NCBI RefSeq assembly: GCF_009914755.1
Contig: NC_060927.1
Strand: one strand, 5' to 3'
Origin: the human T2T-CHM13v2.0 reference genome, Homo sapiens
DNA: 64,000 bases
The notes under the pieces are model-generated. The model was not told the DNA's origin. It did not search any database and worked only from the letters and a program-made list of their open reading frames with translations. The translations under genes were made by a program, and so were the position numbers. Shown piece by piece: positions 15,401 through 29,535 of the stretch (positions are counted from its first letter, which is position 1; each line of letters begins with the position of its first letter).

Positions 15401-16769
15401 TGTGAATAAGCTAGGAAAGGTGATGCAGCAGAGGCAGGACTGTGAAGAAATGTCAACTTGGAGTCAATGGGACCTTCAGGGACCTGTGTCCTATAGAGTC
15501 AGAAATAGGAATCAGAATTTCTAAAGTGGAATTCAGGCTTGAGAAGTTCATCCACCCAGCATGGATGAACATATAGAAATGGTCAGTAATAAAGGGAACA
15601 TGTAAAAAAAAAAAAAAAGAAAAAGAAATAAAGAAAAGAAAAGAAACACCTGGGTTAGATTTCTTGCTTTGCTACTAACTAGCTAAATGGCCTTAAGCAA
15701 GACCCTACGCTTCTCTGAGCTTCAGAATCCCCATGTGTCTGGTGGGATTGCATACAGGAAGAATGGATAAGAAGAATCCAAAGGAAATGCTGAACACAGG
15801 GCTGGGTGCAGACCAAGTCCTCAATATGTGGGTGTGAGAGTGGCTTAGAAGACCATTTCCTGGCATCTACCCCCGTCTCATTCCTGATGGACTTGGCCTC
15901 TCCCATCCAATGTTGTCATGTTGCTCTGGCCATACCTGAGCTCACTTCTGAGACTGCATAGCAGAGAGATGGAGAAAGGGGTGGTAGGTGCAGTGTCACC
16001 TGAGAGTGTCACACAGATCTTAAATGGCTCCCCATTGCCTCAGAAGCACCCTGGCTGTGGAATTAGCCAGGCCCAGATTTGAATCCCAGTTCTGTCCTAA
16101 CCTTCTTTGACTTTGGTGAAGCCACTCCCCTAGCTGAGCATCTGCATTTTCTAGCTGTAGAAAAGGGACTATAATAGTGCCTATTTCATACGATCATTGA
16201 AGGATTAAATGAGATGATGCATGGGAAGTTTTCAGGACAGGACCTGGTATACATCAAGCACGTGATTAATGTTTGCTATTGTTGATACTATTTATTATTC
16301 TTTTATCAATATTTATCACCACCTGGTTCCCACTTGTTTGTTGCCTTGCCTCCCTCCATCTGTCTTCACACACCACCATGCTTCAGCTACTTTGAAATAC
16401 TATTCTTAAAATGTATTGAGCACCTACTGTGTTCCAGGGCCTTCCTAAGTATTGGAAACCCACTAACGAATAAGACTTAGTTTATATGACACAGGAGCTT
16501 GTGGTCTAGACAAATTCTCTTTGCTGTTTCTAAAACTTTCTCATACTTTTATGCCATTATGTCTTTTTAGATGCTTTCTGCTGCTTAGAAAGGCATTTTT
16601 GCCTTCTCTCATTGCTGTAGTCTTATTTATTACTTATAGTCCAGTTTGATGGTAAAATATTTTCTGATCCCTCAAGGAAGAATTAAATAATCCTTGTTCT
16701 TCAATTCCATAGCATCTTGCATAAAATTCTATTATGGCACTTACTGTAGTGGGGTTTTAATTTTTAATT

Positions 16770-17061
16770 TTTCTTCCTTTTCTTTTTTTTGGAGACAGGG
16801 TCTCTCTCACTCTGTCACCCAGGCTGGAGTGCAGTAGTGCGATCATGACTCACTGCAGCATCAATCTCCTGGGCTCAAGGGATCCTCCCATCTCAGCCTC
16901 CTGAGTAGCTGGAATCACAGGCATGCACCAACCACTACACCTGGCTAACTGTTTTTTTTTTAAATTTAATTTTGTAGAGATGGGATCTCACTATGTTGCT
17001 CAGGCTGGTCTCAAATGATCCTCCCTCCTTGGCCCCCTAAAGCATTAGGATTACAGGCGTG
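16770..17061 (-). mobile_element. AluJ, 5' end truncated, inside an L2 fragment
   Basis: Antisense Alu ending ttacaggcgtg. Confidence 0.87.
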
Positions 17062-17217
17062 TATTTTTATATGTCTGTTTCCACTTCTAGCAGTGGAAAC
17101 AGACATATAAAAAAAATGTATGGGAGCTCATTGAGGGCAGAGACTCCCTCTCATTTATCCAATAACTATTTATTGAGACTTATGTGCTAGGTGTCACTAT
17201 ACATGCTGGAGATATGA

Positions 17218-17613
<396 letters not shown>

Positions 17614-18059
17614 TCAGTTGATAATTGTTGTAGGGAACACCTACATCAGTCTCATTTGTCTGTGTATTCCTAGTACCTAGGTCCTGTTAGTGGACATGAT
17701 TTGAATTCCGTAACCAAAAATACTTCCCCTAATGGCTGGTCACAATGCTAAAATTTCACAATTCAAATTTGTTTCCTTTAGGTCTATATTTATCAGGATT
17801 CTTTTGATGGCAAATGACAGAGACCCAACTTTAATTAGTGTGAGCGAAAAGAGGAATTTATCGGCTCAGCAAGGAAAATATGAACAGCTAAACAATGCAA
17901 CAGGCAGGCAGAACTGGATTTCAGGAAGAAGTGGTATTCAGGGCTTGGTGCCGGATTCTCTCTCTATCCTCTTGCTCAGTATGTTGATGTCATTCTCGTG
18001 GCAGGCTAGCTTTCTCTCTGCGTGGTGGTGTTGGAGGCTATGTAAATGCATCACTCAGG

Positions 18060-19437
<1,378 letters not shown>

Positions 19438-19642
19438 GGTGGTAAAAAGGGTTGTGAATAAGTCTTGTGTTTTTACCTTATAGCTCCCCTAACCATAACA
19501 ACTAATTATTATTCTCTATTTTAGTTTTTTTGTTTTTTGTTTTTTTTAAACATTCTCAAGGAAAGACTGACTGGGTTGGGCTGGGTCAGGTGAACCAACT
19601 AACTGTTATCAAGACAGTGAGTCACATCAAAACATGGCAGCT

Positions 19643-19983
19643 GGCCTGGCGCCGTGGCTCACGCCTGTAATCCCAGCACTTTGGGAGGCCCAGGTGGGAG
19701 GATCACTTGAGCCCAGGAGTTTGAGACTGGGGTGAGTAACACAGACTCTCTCTCTACAAAAAATGCAAAAATTAGCTGGGCATGGTTGTGCCTGCCTGTA
19801 GTCCCAGCTACTCAGGAGGGTGAGATGGGAGGATCAGTTGAACCCAGGATGTTGAGTATGCAGTGAGCTGAGATCACACCACTGCACTTAGCCCTGGGTG
19901 ACAGAGTGAGACTCTGTCTTAAAAAACAAAAGGCAAAAAAAAAAACAAAAAACAAAAAAACACAAAAACAAAAAACAAAAAAC
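19643..19983 (+). mobile_element. AluJ with long A/C-rich tail
   Basis: Full Alu motifs. Confidence 0.88.
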
Positions 19984-21620
19984 ACAGCAGCCATGTGGAT
20001 GGAGTATAACAGAAACTACCCAAGAAAAGGTTGGGGAAGGGGATGCTAGACAATACAATAAAAAATTTCCACAAGGTCTTGCAGGCATTGCTGGTTCTCG
20101 GAACTTCTTGGAAAACCCACAGCCTTATGAGGATGGGGGGAATCATTCTTAAACCTTCTCAGTTGGTGTCTTAAGGGTAATGGTGATTGTCAACTCAGAG
20201 CAAAGCATTGTAAGTAGTGCCAGGTGGGGCAGAAGCATCAACTCTGGATTAGGGGCCCTGAAATGAGAATGGGAAAGCAGTAGAGGCAAACTTGTATCTT
20301 CATCACAATTCTGTTGGGGACAAACCTTATCTGAGTCCTCCTTAATGGGGAGCAAAGATAAAATGCCTAACTTCTACAATGGTTATGCAAATCAAAAATT
20401 ATTCAGGAGCCCTGAGATCCAAATGTCAAGAGGAAAGACAAGATACAAAAATTTAGAAGGGGACAGAGGTAGGGATCAAAGTCAGGGAATGGAGTCAGGA
20501 GTTCAGACCAGAGAGACAGGATCGATTGGGGTAGGTTAGGATCAGATAGCAGCGGCGATCCACTGTCCTTGAGGGATCTCCCAGGGTATCAGCTACCATT
20601 TATAATTGGCTTTCAAGGTCTGGCAGGAATTTGATGAGTGGGTGGAACGGCCTTGTTGACAGGACTACGGGTGGAACAGCCATGGCAGAGTGCAACATGC
20701 ACACACTGAACTCTTACTGCAAGCTGAATTGAGCCACAATTATAGATTAGTATATTTGGAACTTTAATGGAATTTTCCAAGAGAAGTCAGGGTGGGAGAG
20801 CCCTGTGCTAGTCAACAAAAATCTGTTAATTTTTTGGTAGCAGAGGCTTTGGGAAATAAAGAGAATGACGGCAAAAGAGGATTTAAAGTGTCTATTTCTT
20901 ACGGATCTTCTGAGCTAAAGAAGGTGGCTTTGTCACTGCCAGACAGGAGGTGCAGATGCAGCCTCACAGTCAAGCTGGGGAAGTCAGAGGTCGAGGACTC
21001 TGTATCTATCCTGCATAGCCACTAAGCTACCATGCCCACTCGCTTCTGAACACATTCAAGGTGCCCTTCATGTGCTTACTATATGCCAAAAATTGTGCTA
21101 AGCACTTTTCATGCATCACTTCGTTCGACCTCAGATATCCCTATGAAGTCATTACAATGATCATTCCCATTTCACAGGTAAGTACATTGACGATCACAGA
21201 AGTGAAAGCAATTACCAAGGTCACACAGCTAGCACAAAGTGGATCTGGAATTTGAACCCAAAGCCTGTGTGAATGATTACCCCATTGACATGCTCCCTTA
21301 ACCTGGTTTTAACTCTTTTAACTCCCTCAGTTACCATCTTTTATTACTTGCTTTTCCACATATGCCCTAGATGCCCACAGCTGTCATTTCAGATAGTACC
21401 CTGAATTTTACTATTATTAAAAATCAGTTTTGTTCTTTTTTATCGAGCTTGTGTGTGTGTGTGTTTTAAACTGGGTAGTGTAAGCAAGTGGTACAACATT
21501 TAGAAATACGAAAGAGCATATGGAAATTTCCCTTAGTCATCCCGTTCTCTTATTATGTGTGATTTAGAAGCCATTTGTATTTCCTTTCTTTCATGTCCAT
21601 TATCTATTTTGCTATAACAT

Positions 21621-22101
21621 TGTTGGTATTCAGTTTAGCCTAAAGCTGCCTTCTTACATATTCTAAGTGTGGCCTAAAGGTTTCTCCATACATAGGGAAC
21701 TGCAACCTAACGTGATGTGTAAACAGACTGGAACCTACTATTGGAACAAGTGGCCCAGTCTCAGCCAATCAAAGCGGCCGAGCTTCAGCCAATCACAGGC
21801 AGCTAAATGTTCAACTCGACTTCAAATAAGGCAAACGCCCAGCTGTAACCAATCTAGCCGTTTCTGTACCTCGCTTCTCTTTGCTTGTACTCATTCACAT
21901 TCCTTTTTCTGTTCATAAGTATTATCTGACCAGTGGCATCCCCGGAGTCACTCTGAACCTATTCTGGTTCTAGGTGCTACCCAATTTGCCAATCATTCTT
22001 TGTTCAATTAAACTCTGTTTAATTTGTCTAACTTTAATTTGTTAACCTTTCATTTAACTCTGCTAAAGTTAACTCGTCTTTCATTTTGTTTTCTTTTAAC
22101 A
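21621..22101 (+). mobile_element. MER57-family ERV1 solo LTR
   Basis: Starts tgtt...agtttagcctaaagctgccttcttacatat; repeated agccaatca; caaataaggcaaacgc; ends cttttaaca. Confidence 0.8.
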
Positions 22102-23040
22102 TTGTTTTTCCTTTTTATCGAAATGTAGATGCTTTTAATATATCGAGGATGTATTTTAAAATATATCATTTGTCCTATGCCTATGGTATGGATTGCAAAT
22201 ACTTTTCCCATTTTGTCTTTTGCCTTTTGGATTTGTGAAGGTGTTTTCCACGGAGAAACATGCTAGTCGAATTGATAAATTTTTAAATTTCATGAATTCT
22301 GTGACATGTCATTCTTAGACAGCTATTCTTTATTCCGAGATGATAAAACAAAATTCCTCTATTTTCCTCTATTATTTTCCTCCATTATTTTCAGATCCAT
22401 CTGGAATTTTTTTAATGCAATGTGTGAGATATGGACCTAACAAGTTTTTCCCAAGGTAACTATCAATTATTCCAACGTTTATTGAATAATTTTGTACCCC
22501 ACTGATTTGAAATGCCACATTTATTCTATAGTAGATTTCTGGATACATTTAGTTTTATTTCTGAGCTTTTCACTTATTGATCTGTTTCTTGATGCACAAG
22601 TACGCTTTAAATTACTGCAGCTTAATACCAGTTTTAATACTGGTGGAGCCAGTTCCTCTCTTTCTACTGTTCCTTTTCAGATTCTCCTTGGTATTTCTAG
22701 TTGTTTATTTTTCTGTATGGATTTCAGAGTCAGTTTGTCTAGTTTTCCCCAACCCCTGTCCCCCCAAAAAATCTGTTGTTTTTTTCTATTTAAATTGCAT
22801 TACATTTCCAGATTAATTTAGGGAGAAATAACATCTTTATGATATTGTCTTCCTATCCAAGAACATGATATACCTTTTTTTGTTCATTTTCCTTGGTGTC
22901 CTTTAGTAATGTTAATTTTTTCCAAAAGAATTTGCACACATCTTGTTAAGTTTATTGATGGATAATTCATCTTTTAAAATTGCTATTATAAATAATTTTT
23001 TTCTCTCCCTCATATTTCCTAATTGGATGTTGTTCTGGCG
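22102..23040 (-). mobile_element. Old L1M fragment (also left of the MER57, ~21400-21620)
   Basis: T-rich decayed L1 ORF2 antisense motifs, e.g. atattgtcttcctatccaagaacatga. Confidence 0.65.
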
Positions 23041-23889
23041 AGAAATTTACGGTCTTCATTCTGGCTGTGTTGCCTCGGGCTATCTTGGGAAACTTCACAT
23101 CTGATTTGACTTGGGTTTCAGTTCCTGGCCCCAGCTTGCATGCAAAGACCAGACCCTTTGAGACAGAGATGCCCTATCCATTATACCAGGGCACCTCTAA
23201 GATGGTGCCATGGATACTAAGACAGGTTGCTGATGTTATGTATATTATAAACAACTACAAATCTGTATGCATCTAATGCCTTTTCATCCACTCCGAAATG
23301 TCCATAGCAGGGCAGAAGACAGCATATTAAAGCTTATGTTGCTTCAATCTGAGACTCTTTGGATAGACTTATCTTTGATGTCCCGACCATTGACCACCTC
23401 GAGGAAATTCAGGTAGCATTCAGTATTATGCTTTCTAAAGATGTCACACTATTTTCTCCTCAATTCATGAAAGGTAATGAGATATATCAATGTCTTCGCA
23501 GAAAAATGGGATCTTGCCCCCCGCCCCAAGAAAACCCCTCTAACTGCTTCTACAGCTAGTACTGGGATTAGTTAATGTTTGTTAGCATTCTCAACCATCG
23601 CTTATATTTAATGAGCACCTGCTATCTATGTGCCACCCTGTGCTGGGAGCTAGGACGCAAAAATGATAAGTCATACTTCCTGCCCTAGAGGAGCTCATGG
23701 TCCAGTGAGGCAGACAGAAAGTCTCTATAATGTACTAGGATAGAATTGTGTTCCACATGCTCTGGGAATGCAGAGAAGGGGGCTGTGTAATTTGTTTGGG
23801 ATTAGAAGTAATGACTTTTGAGCTGGGCCTTAAATGATGGGGGGAAGCTAGCTAGATTAGCAAGAGTAGCAGATGGTACTAATGCCCTG

Positions 23890-26716
23890 TAACTCTCTAA
23901 TTGAGAACTTGATGTGGTGCAGGGATGTGCCTGGCTCTTGCACAGAGCAGCTGCTGGGGGAGTTAATGCTCCTAAGAGCACTTCTCAAGCAATTTTGAAT
24001 GGGATTTGGTGGATAAATGCCTTAGCTTACTCATCCCTTGTTGGGCTAGCTCCAAAATGTGTCCTACAATATCTACCAAGGTTCTCAGTGGGATTGGACC
24101 CCAATTGCCCAGCGTGGTCACCAGCTCACTAAGGCACCTTTTCCTGGCTTCCTTTCCTTCCCTGTCTCACCTGTCCATGCTCCCAGTGGCATTTTCTGGG
24201 ATTTGCCTCTTAAGTAAACAATAGGCATATCTCCAAGATATTGTGGGTTCTGTTCCAGACCACTGAAATAAAGCGAGTCACATGAATATTTTGGTTCCCA
24301 GTGTATATAAAAGTTATGTTTACATTATACTGTAGTCTATTAAGGTGCAATAGAATTATGTCTAAAAAATGTATATACTTTAATTTTAAAATGTTGCTAA
24401 AAAATGTTAATGATTATCTGAGCTTTCAGCAAGTTGTAATCTCTTTGGGGTGGAGGGTCTTGTCTCCATGTTGATGGCTGCTGACTAATCAGGGTGGTGG
24501 TTCCTGAAGGTTGAGGTGGCTGTGGCAATTACTAGAAATAAGGCAACAATGACGTTTGGCACATCAATTGACTCTTCTTTCACAAAAGATTTCTCTGTAG
24601 CACGTGATGCTGTTTGATAGCATTTTACCCACAGTAGAACTTCTTTCAAAATTGGAAACTATCTTCTCAAACCCTGCTTTATCAAGTAAGTTTATGTAAT
24701 ATTCTAAATCCTTTGTGATAATTTCAACAATGTTCACAGCTTTTTCACCAGTAGATTCCATTTCAAGAAACCACTCTCTTTGCTCATCCGTAAAAAGCAA
24801 CTCCCCATCCATTCAAGTTTGATCACGAGATTGCAGCAATTCACTCACATCTTCAGGCTCTACTTCTAATTCTAGCTCTCTTGGTATTTCCACCACATCT
24901 GCAGTTACTTCCTCCACTGAAGCCTTGAATCCCTCAAAGTCATCCATGAAGACTGGAATCAACTTCTTCCAAACTCCTGTTAATGTTGACATTTTGACCT
25001 CCCATTGATCATAAATGTTTTTAATGGCATCCAGAATGATGAATACTTTCCAGAAGGTGTTCAATTTACTTTGCCCAGGTCCATCAGAGTAGTCACTATC
25101 TATAGCAGGTATAGTCTTACAAAATGTATTTCTTAAATAATAAGACTTGAAAGTAAAAATTACTCCTTGATCCATGGACTGCAGAATGGATATTGTGTTA
25201 ACAGGTGTGAAAACAACATTAATCTCCTTGTACATCTCCATCATAGCTCTTGTGTGGCCAGGTGCATTGTCAATGAGCAGTAGTATTTTGAAAGAAATCA
25301 TATTTTTATTTTTCTGAGTGGTAGGTCTCAACAGTGGGCTTAAAATATTCAGCACCTCATGCTGTAAACAAATGTGCTATCATCCAGGCTTTGTTGTTCC
25401 ATTTGTAGAGCACAGAGAGAGAGTATATTTAGCATAATTATTAAGGGCCCTGGGATTTTTTGGAATGGTCAATGAACATTGGCTTTAACTTAACGTCACC
25501 AGCTGCATTTGTCCTGGACACAAGAGTCAACCTGTCCTTTGAAACTTTGGAGCCAGGCATGGACTTCTGTCTAACTATGAAAGTACTAGATGGCATCTTC
25601 TTCCCGTAGAATGCTGTTTTGTCTACATTAAAAATCTTTTATTTAGTGTGGCCACTTCTATCAATTATCTTAGCTGGTGCGTTTAGATAACTTGCTGTAG
25701 CTTCTACATCAAAATTTGCCACTTCACTTTACACTTTTATATCCTGGAGTTGGCTTCTTTCCTTAAATCTCATGAACTAACCTCTGCTAGCTTCCAACTT
25801 ATCTTCTGCTGCTTCCTCACCTCTCTCGGACTTCATAGAATTGAAGATAGGATTTTACTCTGGACTAGGCTTTGGCTTAAGGAAATGTTGTTACTGGTTT
25901 GATCTTCTATCCAGATCACCCAAACTTTCTTCATATCAACAATAAAGCTGTCTCACTTTCTTATCATTCTTGTGTTCATGGGAGTAGCACTTTAATTTCC
26001 TTCTAGAACTTTTCCTTTGCATTAATAACTTGGCTGTTTGGCACAAGAAGTCTAGCTTTTGACATGTCTCAGCTTTTGACACACCATCTTCACTAAACCT
26101 AATCATTTCTAGCTTTTGATTTAAAGTGAGAGATTTATGCTCCTTCTTTCACTTCAACACTTAGAGACCACTGTAGGGTTATTTATCAGCCTAATTTCAA
26201 TATTGCTGTGTCTCAGGGAATAGAGAGGCCCAAGGAGAGGGAGAAAGATGGGCTAAGAAGGAGTGGTTAGTGGAGCAGTCAGAAGACACACATTTGTCAA
26301 TTAAATTAATCATCTTATATGAGTGCGGTTTGTGGTGCCCCAAAACAACTGTAATAGTAACATCAAAGATCACTGATGGGGGCACATGTTCTCAGGACCT
26401 CCTGAACTGTGTAATGTATAAAAAAAAGATCACAGATGGTGGCCACAGATCACCATAACAGATATAATAACAATGAAAAAGTTTGAAATATTGTGAGACT
26501 TACAAAAATGTGACACAGAGACATGAAGTGAGCACATGCTGTTGGAAAAATGGCACCAATAGATTTGGTCAACACAGGGTTGCCATAAAACCTTCAGTTC
26601 ATAAAAAATGTGATATCTGCAAAGCACAATACAGCGAAGCACATAAAACAAGGTATGTTTGTGTTTGCACTCAAATCCTGGTCTCAGTCTGCTTCTGGGA
26701 AACTGAATCTGACACA
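23890..26716 (+). mobile_element. LTR16-like ERVL LTR split by the Tigger1 insertion (pieces ~23890-24221 and 26662-26716)
   Basis: ...taagtaaacaa | Tigger1 | tgtttgcactcaaatcctggtctcagtctgcttctgggaaactgaatctgacaca rejoins into a typical LTR16 3' end. Confidence 0.6.
24222..26661 (-). mobile_element. Near full-length Tigger1 DNA transposon (pogo-like), decayed transposase
   Basis: Degenerate TIRs taggcatatctc... and ...aaggtatgtttg, ~2.44 kb. ORF remnants 24813..25355 ([10 protein letters not shown]...[11 protein letters not shown]-type) and 24564..24812. Expected ATG appears mutated to GTG at 26169-26171. Confidence 0.93.
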
Positions 26717-29403
26717 GCAGGGCATGGACACAGTACATGCCAGGAAGAGGGAACAGCATCTGCGAAGGCATAGATGTCTGACAGAGGATGCGTTGTTTGG
26801 GGGATAGAAATAAGTCGAGTATGGCTGAAGAGCAGTTCAAGGAAGGCCAGAGGATGAGCTAGAAAGGTAGTATGGAGAATCATGAATGCCTTGCTAAGAA
26901 GTGGCATTATTCTCTGTGGAGGTTGGTGGGATTAGAATGGACTTTTTAAGAAGTCCCTCATATGGTTCAGTAGTGGCAGGAGTACTGTCTGGAGAGTCAG
27001 GAGAAAGAAGACCTTCTTTCACCTGCTGCTTTTGACCAAGGCTTGGAGCTCCAAGTTCCAGCTCTGTGGAGCTCTGGGGCTCAGGCCCCCACCTTGGCGA
27101 GCTACCTGCCTTCCTGCTGTGTCTGCAGCTGCCTTGTCAGCTGCCAGGCTCAGCTGTTACTGGGGCTGCAGTTGCAGTTGCTGGAGGTGGGCGGAGCTCG
27201 TTCAGCCAACAGCCTGTATACACTCTTACCAGCCCTGGGGCTGCACTCTATCCCCATCAGCTGCACAGATGGAATTTTCCTTTCTGCAGCTGTGCCTTAC
27301 CACTCATCACTTGCCTGTCCCCATGCGGGGTGTGGGGCTCATCTGAGGCTTCCTATTCAGGCGGTCATTGATATTCCTGTCTTGTCAGCTCCTGTCATTG
27401 GAGAAATTGGGAGGTGTTTGCAGAGGAAGATGGGCAAAGACCAGGTGCTTTTCTGTCTGCCTGGATACAGAGAGGTGATATTTTTTTGGAGCAGGTTTTC
27501 CTGTGTCTTGTTTTTTTTCCTTCCTCCTTTTCTTTTTTTTAACTTTTATTCTTTCTTCTCCTTTTCTTTTCTTTCTCTCTTTCTTCCTCCTGCCATACCC
27601 TGGACTAGGCAGTCAAGATTCAGGGGTGACTCAGACAAAATCTTTGCCCTCAGAAAGAGCCCAGTCTAATGGGGGAAATGGAACATGACCCAACAGTCAC
27701 AACATTGCATGCTGAGTACTATGATTGAGTTGTTGTTTATGTTGAATGAAGAAAGAAAAAAATGAATGAATATTAGGGCGCAGAAGAGGGAGGCAGTCAG
27801 GAGGACTTCCCAGAGGTAATGGTGTCTGAGCTGCATTTGGGAGGATGGGTTAAAATCATGAGCGTCTGCTAATTGTCAGGCACCAGGCTAGGTCCTTTGA
27901 GCTCAAATCCTCATGCCAACACTGTGAAGTGGATAGCCCTCTTTTACAGAGGAGGAAAAAAAAACCTTAGGGAAATGAGATGCATTGCCTGAGATTATAA
28001 AGCTGTGGGTGATACAATCAGGATTCCAAAACAGCTCTGTTGTTTTTCCATTGCACCATGCTGCAAGGCAGGGGAAGGTTACCCCAAGCAGAAGGAAGAG
28101 CCTGGGCAAAGGTGTGGAGGTACACTAGCGATGACACAGGGGCTGATTTTCTGGAACCCTTGGCTGCCATGCTCTGTAATCCCCAGCATGTTCCAAGTGC
28201 TCACTATGGCCTGTTGGAAAAGCAAGTGGCCAGTGAGTGTTCAACTTTTCCTCTTAAACTCGAAAATTAGAGTTTGAATCTCAGCTCTTCTGTCATTGGA
28301 TGTGTGGCCTTGGGGGAGCCTCTTCCCCTCTTTGAGCTTCTGTTTCCTCATTTGTTTAAATGACAGTGTGATCCCTACCTTGTATAAATGATGTAAGAAT
28401 TCAAGGCAATATATGCATTCATCATTATTATTGATCTGTTCAAGGTGACTTTAGGATTCCCAGGACGGGTTCATGATGGAGGGGTTGGCTGAATCATTAA
28501 GCAAGGAGACTTTTAGATAATTGGATGGGGGATGCCTTCTATCCGCCAAGAAATGAGGGTGCTGGCAGACAGCCTACAGCCAGCCTGCTTCAAATGGACC
28601 AGATGCTATTTTGGAGATGAAAAAAGACTTTCTCTTGACACTGGCAGTGCAGGGAGAAGATAAAAATCAGGAGATAGGAATACTGACTCACTTCTGATGA
28701 GAGGGCAGGAACAGAGGGCAGGCAAGCCAGCCAGGTATCTTCAGCACTCCTGCATGCTGGCAGATCCTGCAAACATGCACATGAAGGGGAAGGGATGGGG
28801 AGAAAGTGCTCATAGGCTCCCTGGCAGAATCCTACTCACTGAGACAACAGTCAAGTGTGAGACCTTGGACTATGACTCTGTTTTCTGAGATTCCTGGAGC
28901 TGGCTGTTTTCAAGAGAAGAAATGGGGCCATCTGCACAAAGCTAGCCCTGGTACTAAGGAAACTTTTTCTGGGGACACCTGTGTAGGAACTCATACAATG
29001 TGGTTTCGTGGGGGTGGTGGTGAGGAAAATTTCTTCTCAATGTACAGATACGATAAGGGCAAGGTTAGGATTTGTTCATTTTTATTTTTCAACTTACTAA
29101 CAAGTTTTCCATCCTTCTTTACTGCAAATTTGGGAAAATGATGCCCAAGTCATAGGGCTGTTGCCAGGATTAGATGAGAGACCGAATGTGTAGCATGTGC
29201 CAGTGCTTAGCACATAGAGGATGCTTAATAATAGTGGTGATTACCATGATCTTATGCCATCTCACCAGTAAAGAGGAGGGCACCTCTTTCTTTTCTTTTT
29301 AAAACAAATCCTCAGATTCCCAGGAGAGATGCTATACCTATACCTTCACCTATACCTTCACAACAAAATCTTCACATAGAATCTCATAGGTCATCCTAAC
29401 CTC

Positions 29404-29535
29404 TTTTTTTTTTTTCTGAGGTCTCACTTTTGTCACCCAGGCTGGAGTGCAGTGGCATGATCACAGCTCACTGCAGCCTTGACCTCTCAGGCTCAAGTGA
29501 TCCTCCCACCTCAGCCTCCTGAGTAGCTGGGACCA
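29404..29535 (-). mobile_element. Alu right-arm fragment
   Basis: T-run then ggctggagtgcagtggc...gtagctgggacca. Confidence 0.85.

Noticed and set aside
24564-25355. Transposase ORFs as a domesticated TIGD-like gene
   Set aside because: Fragmented by stops and frameshifts, start codon lost; ordinary Tigger1 decay.
27032-27688. 208-aa ORF and overlapping ORFs as a novel gene or pseudogene
   Set aside because: TTG start, no recognisable domain, runs into a T/C low-complexity tract; better explained by CAG/CTG-rich E-box DNA.
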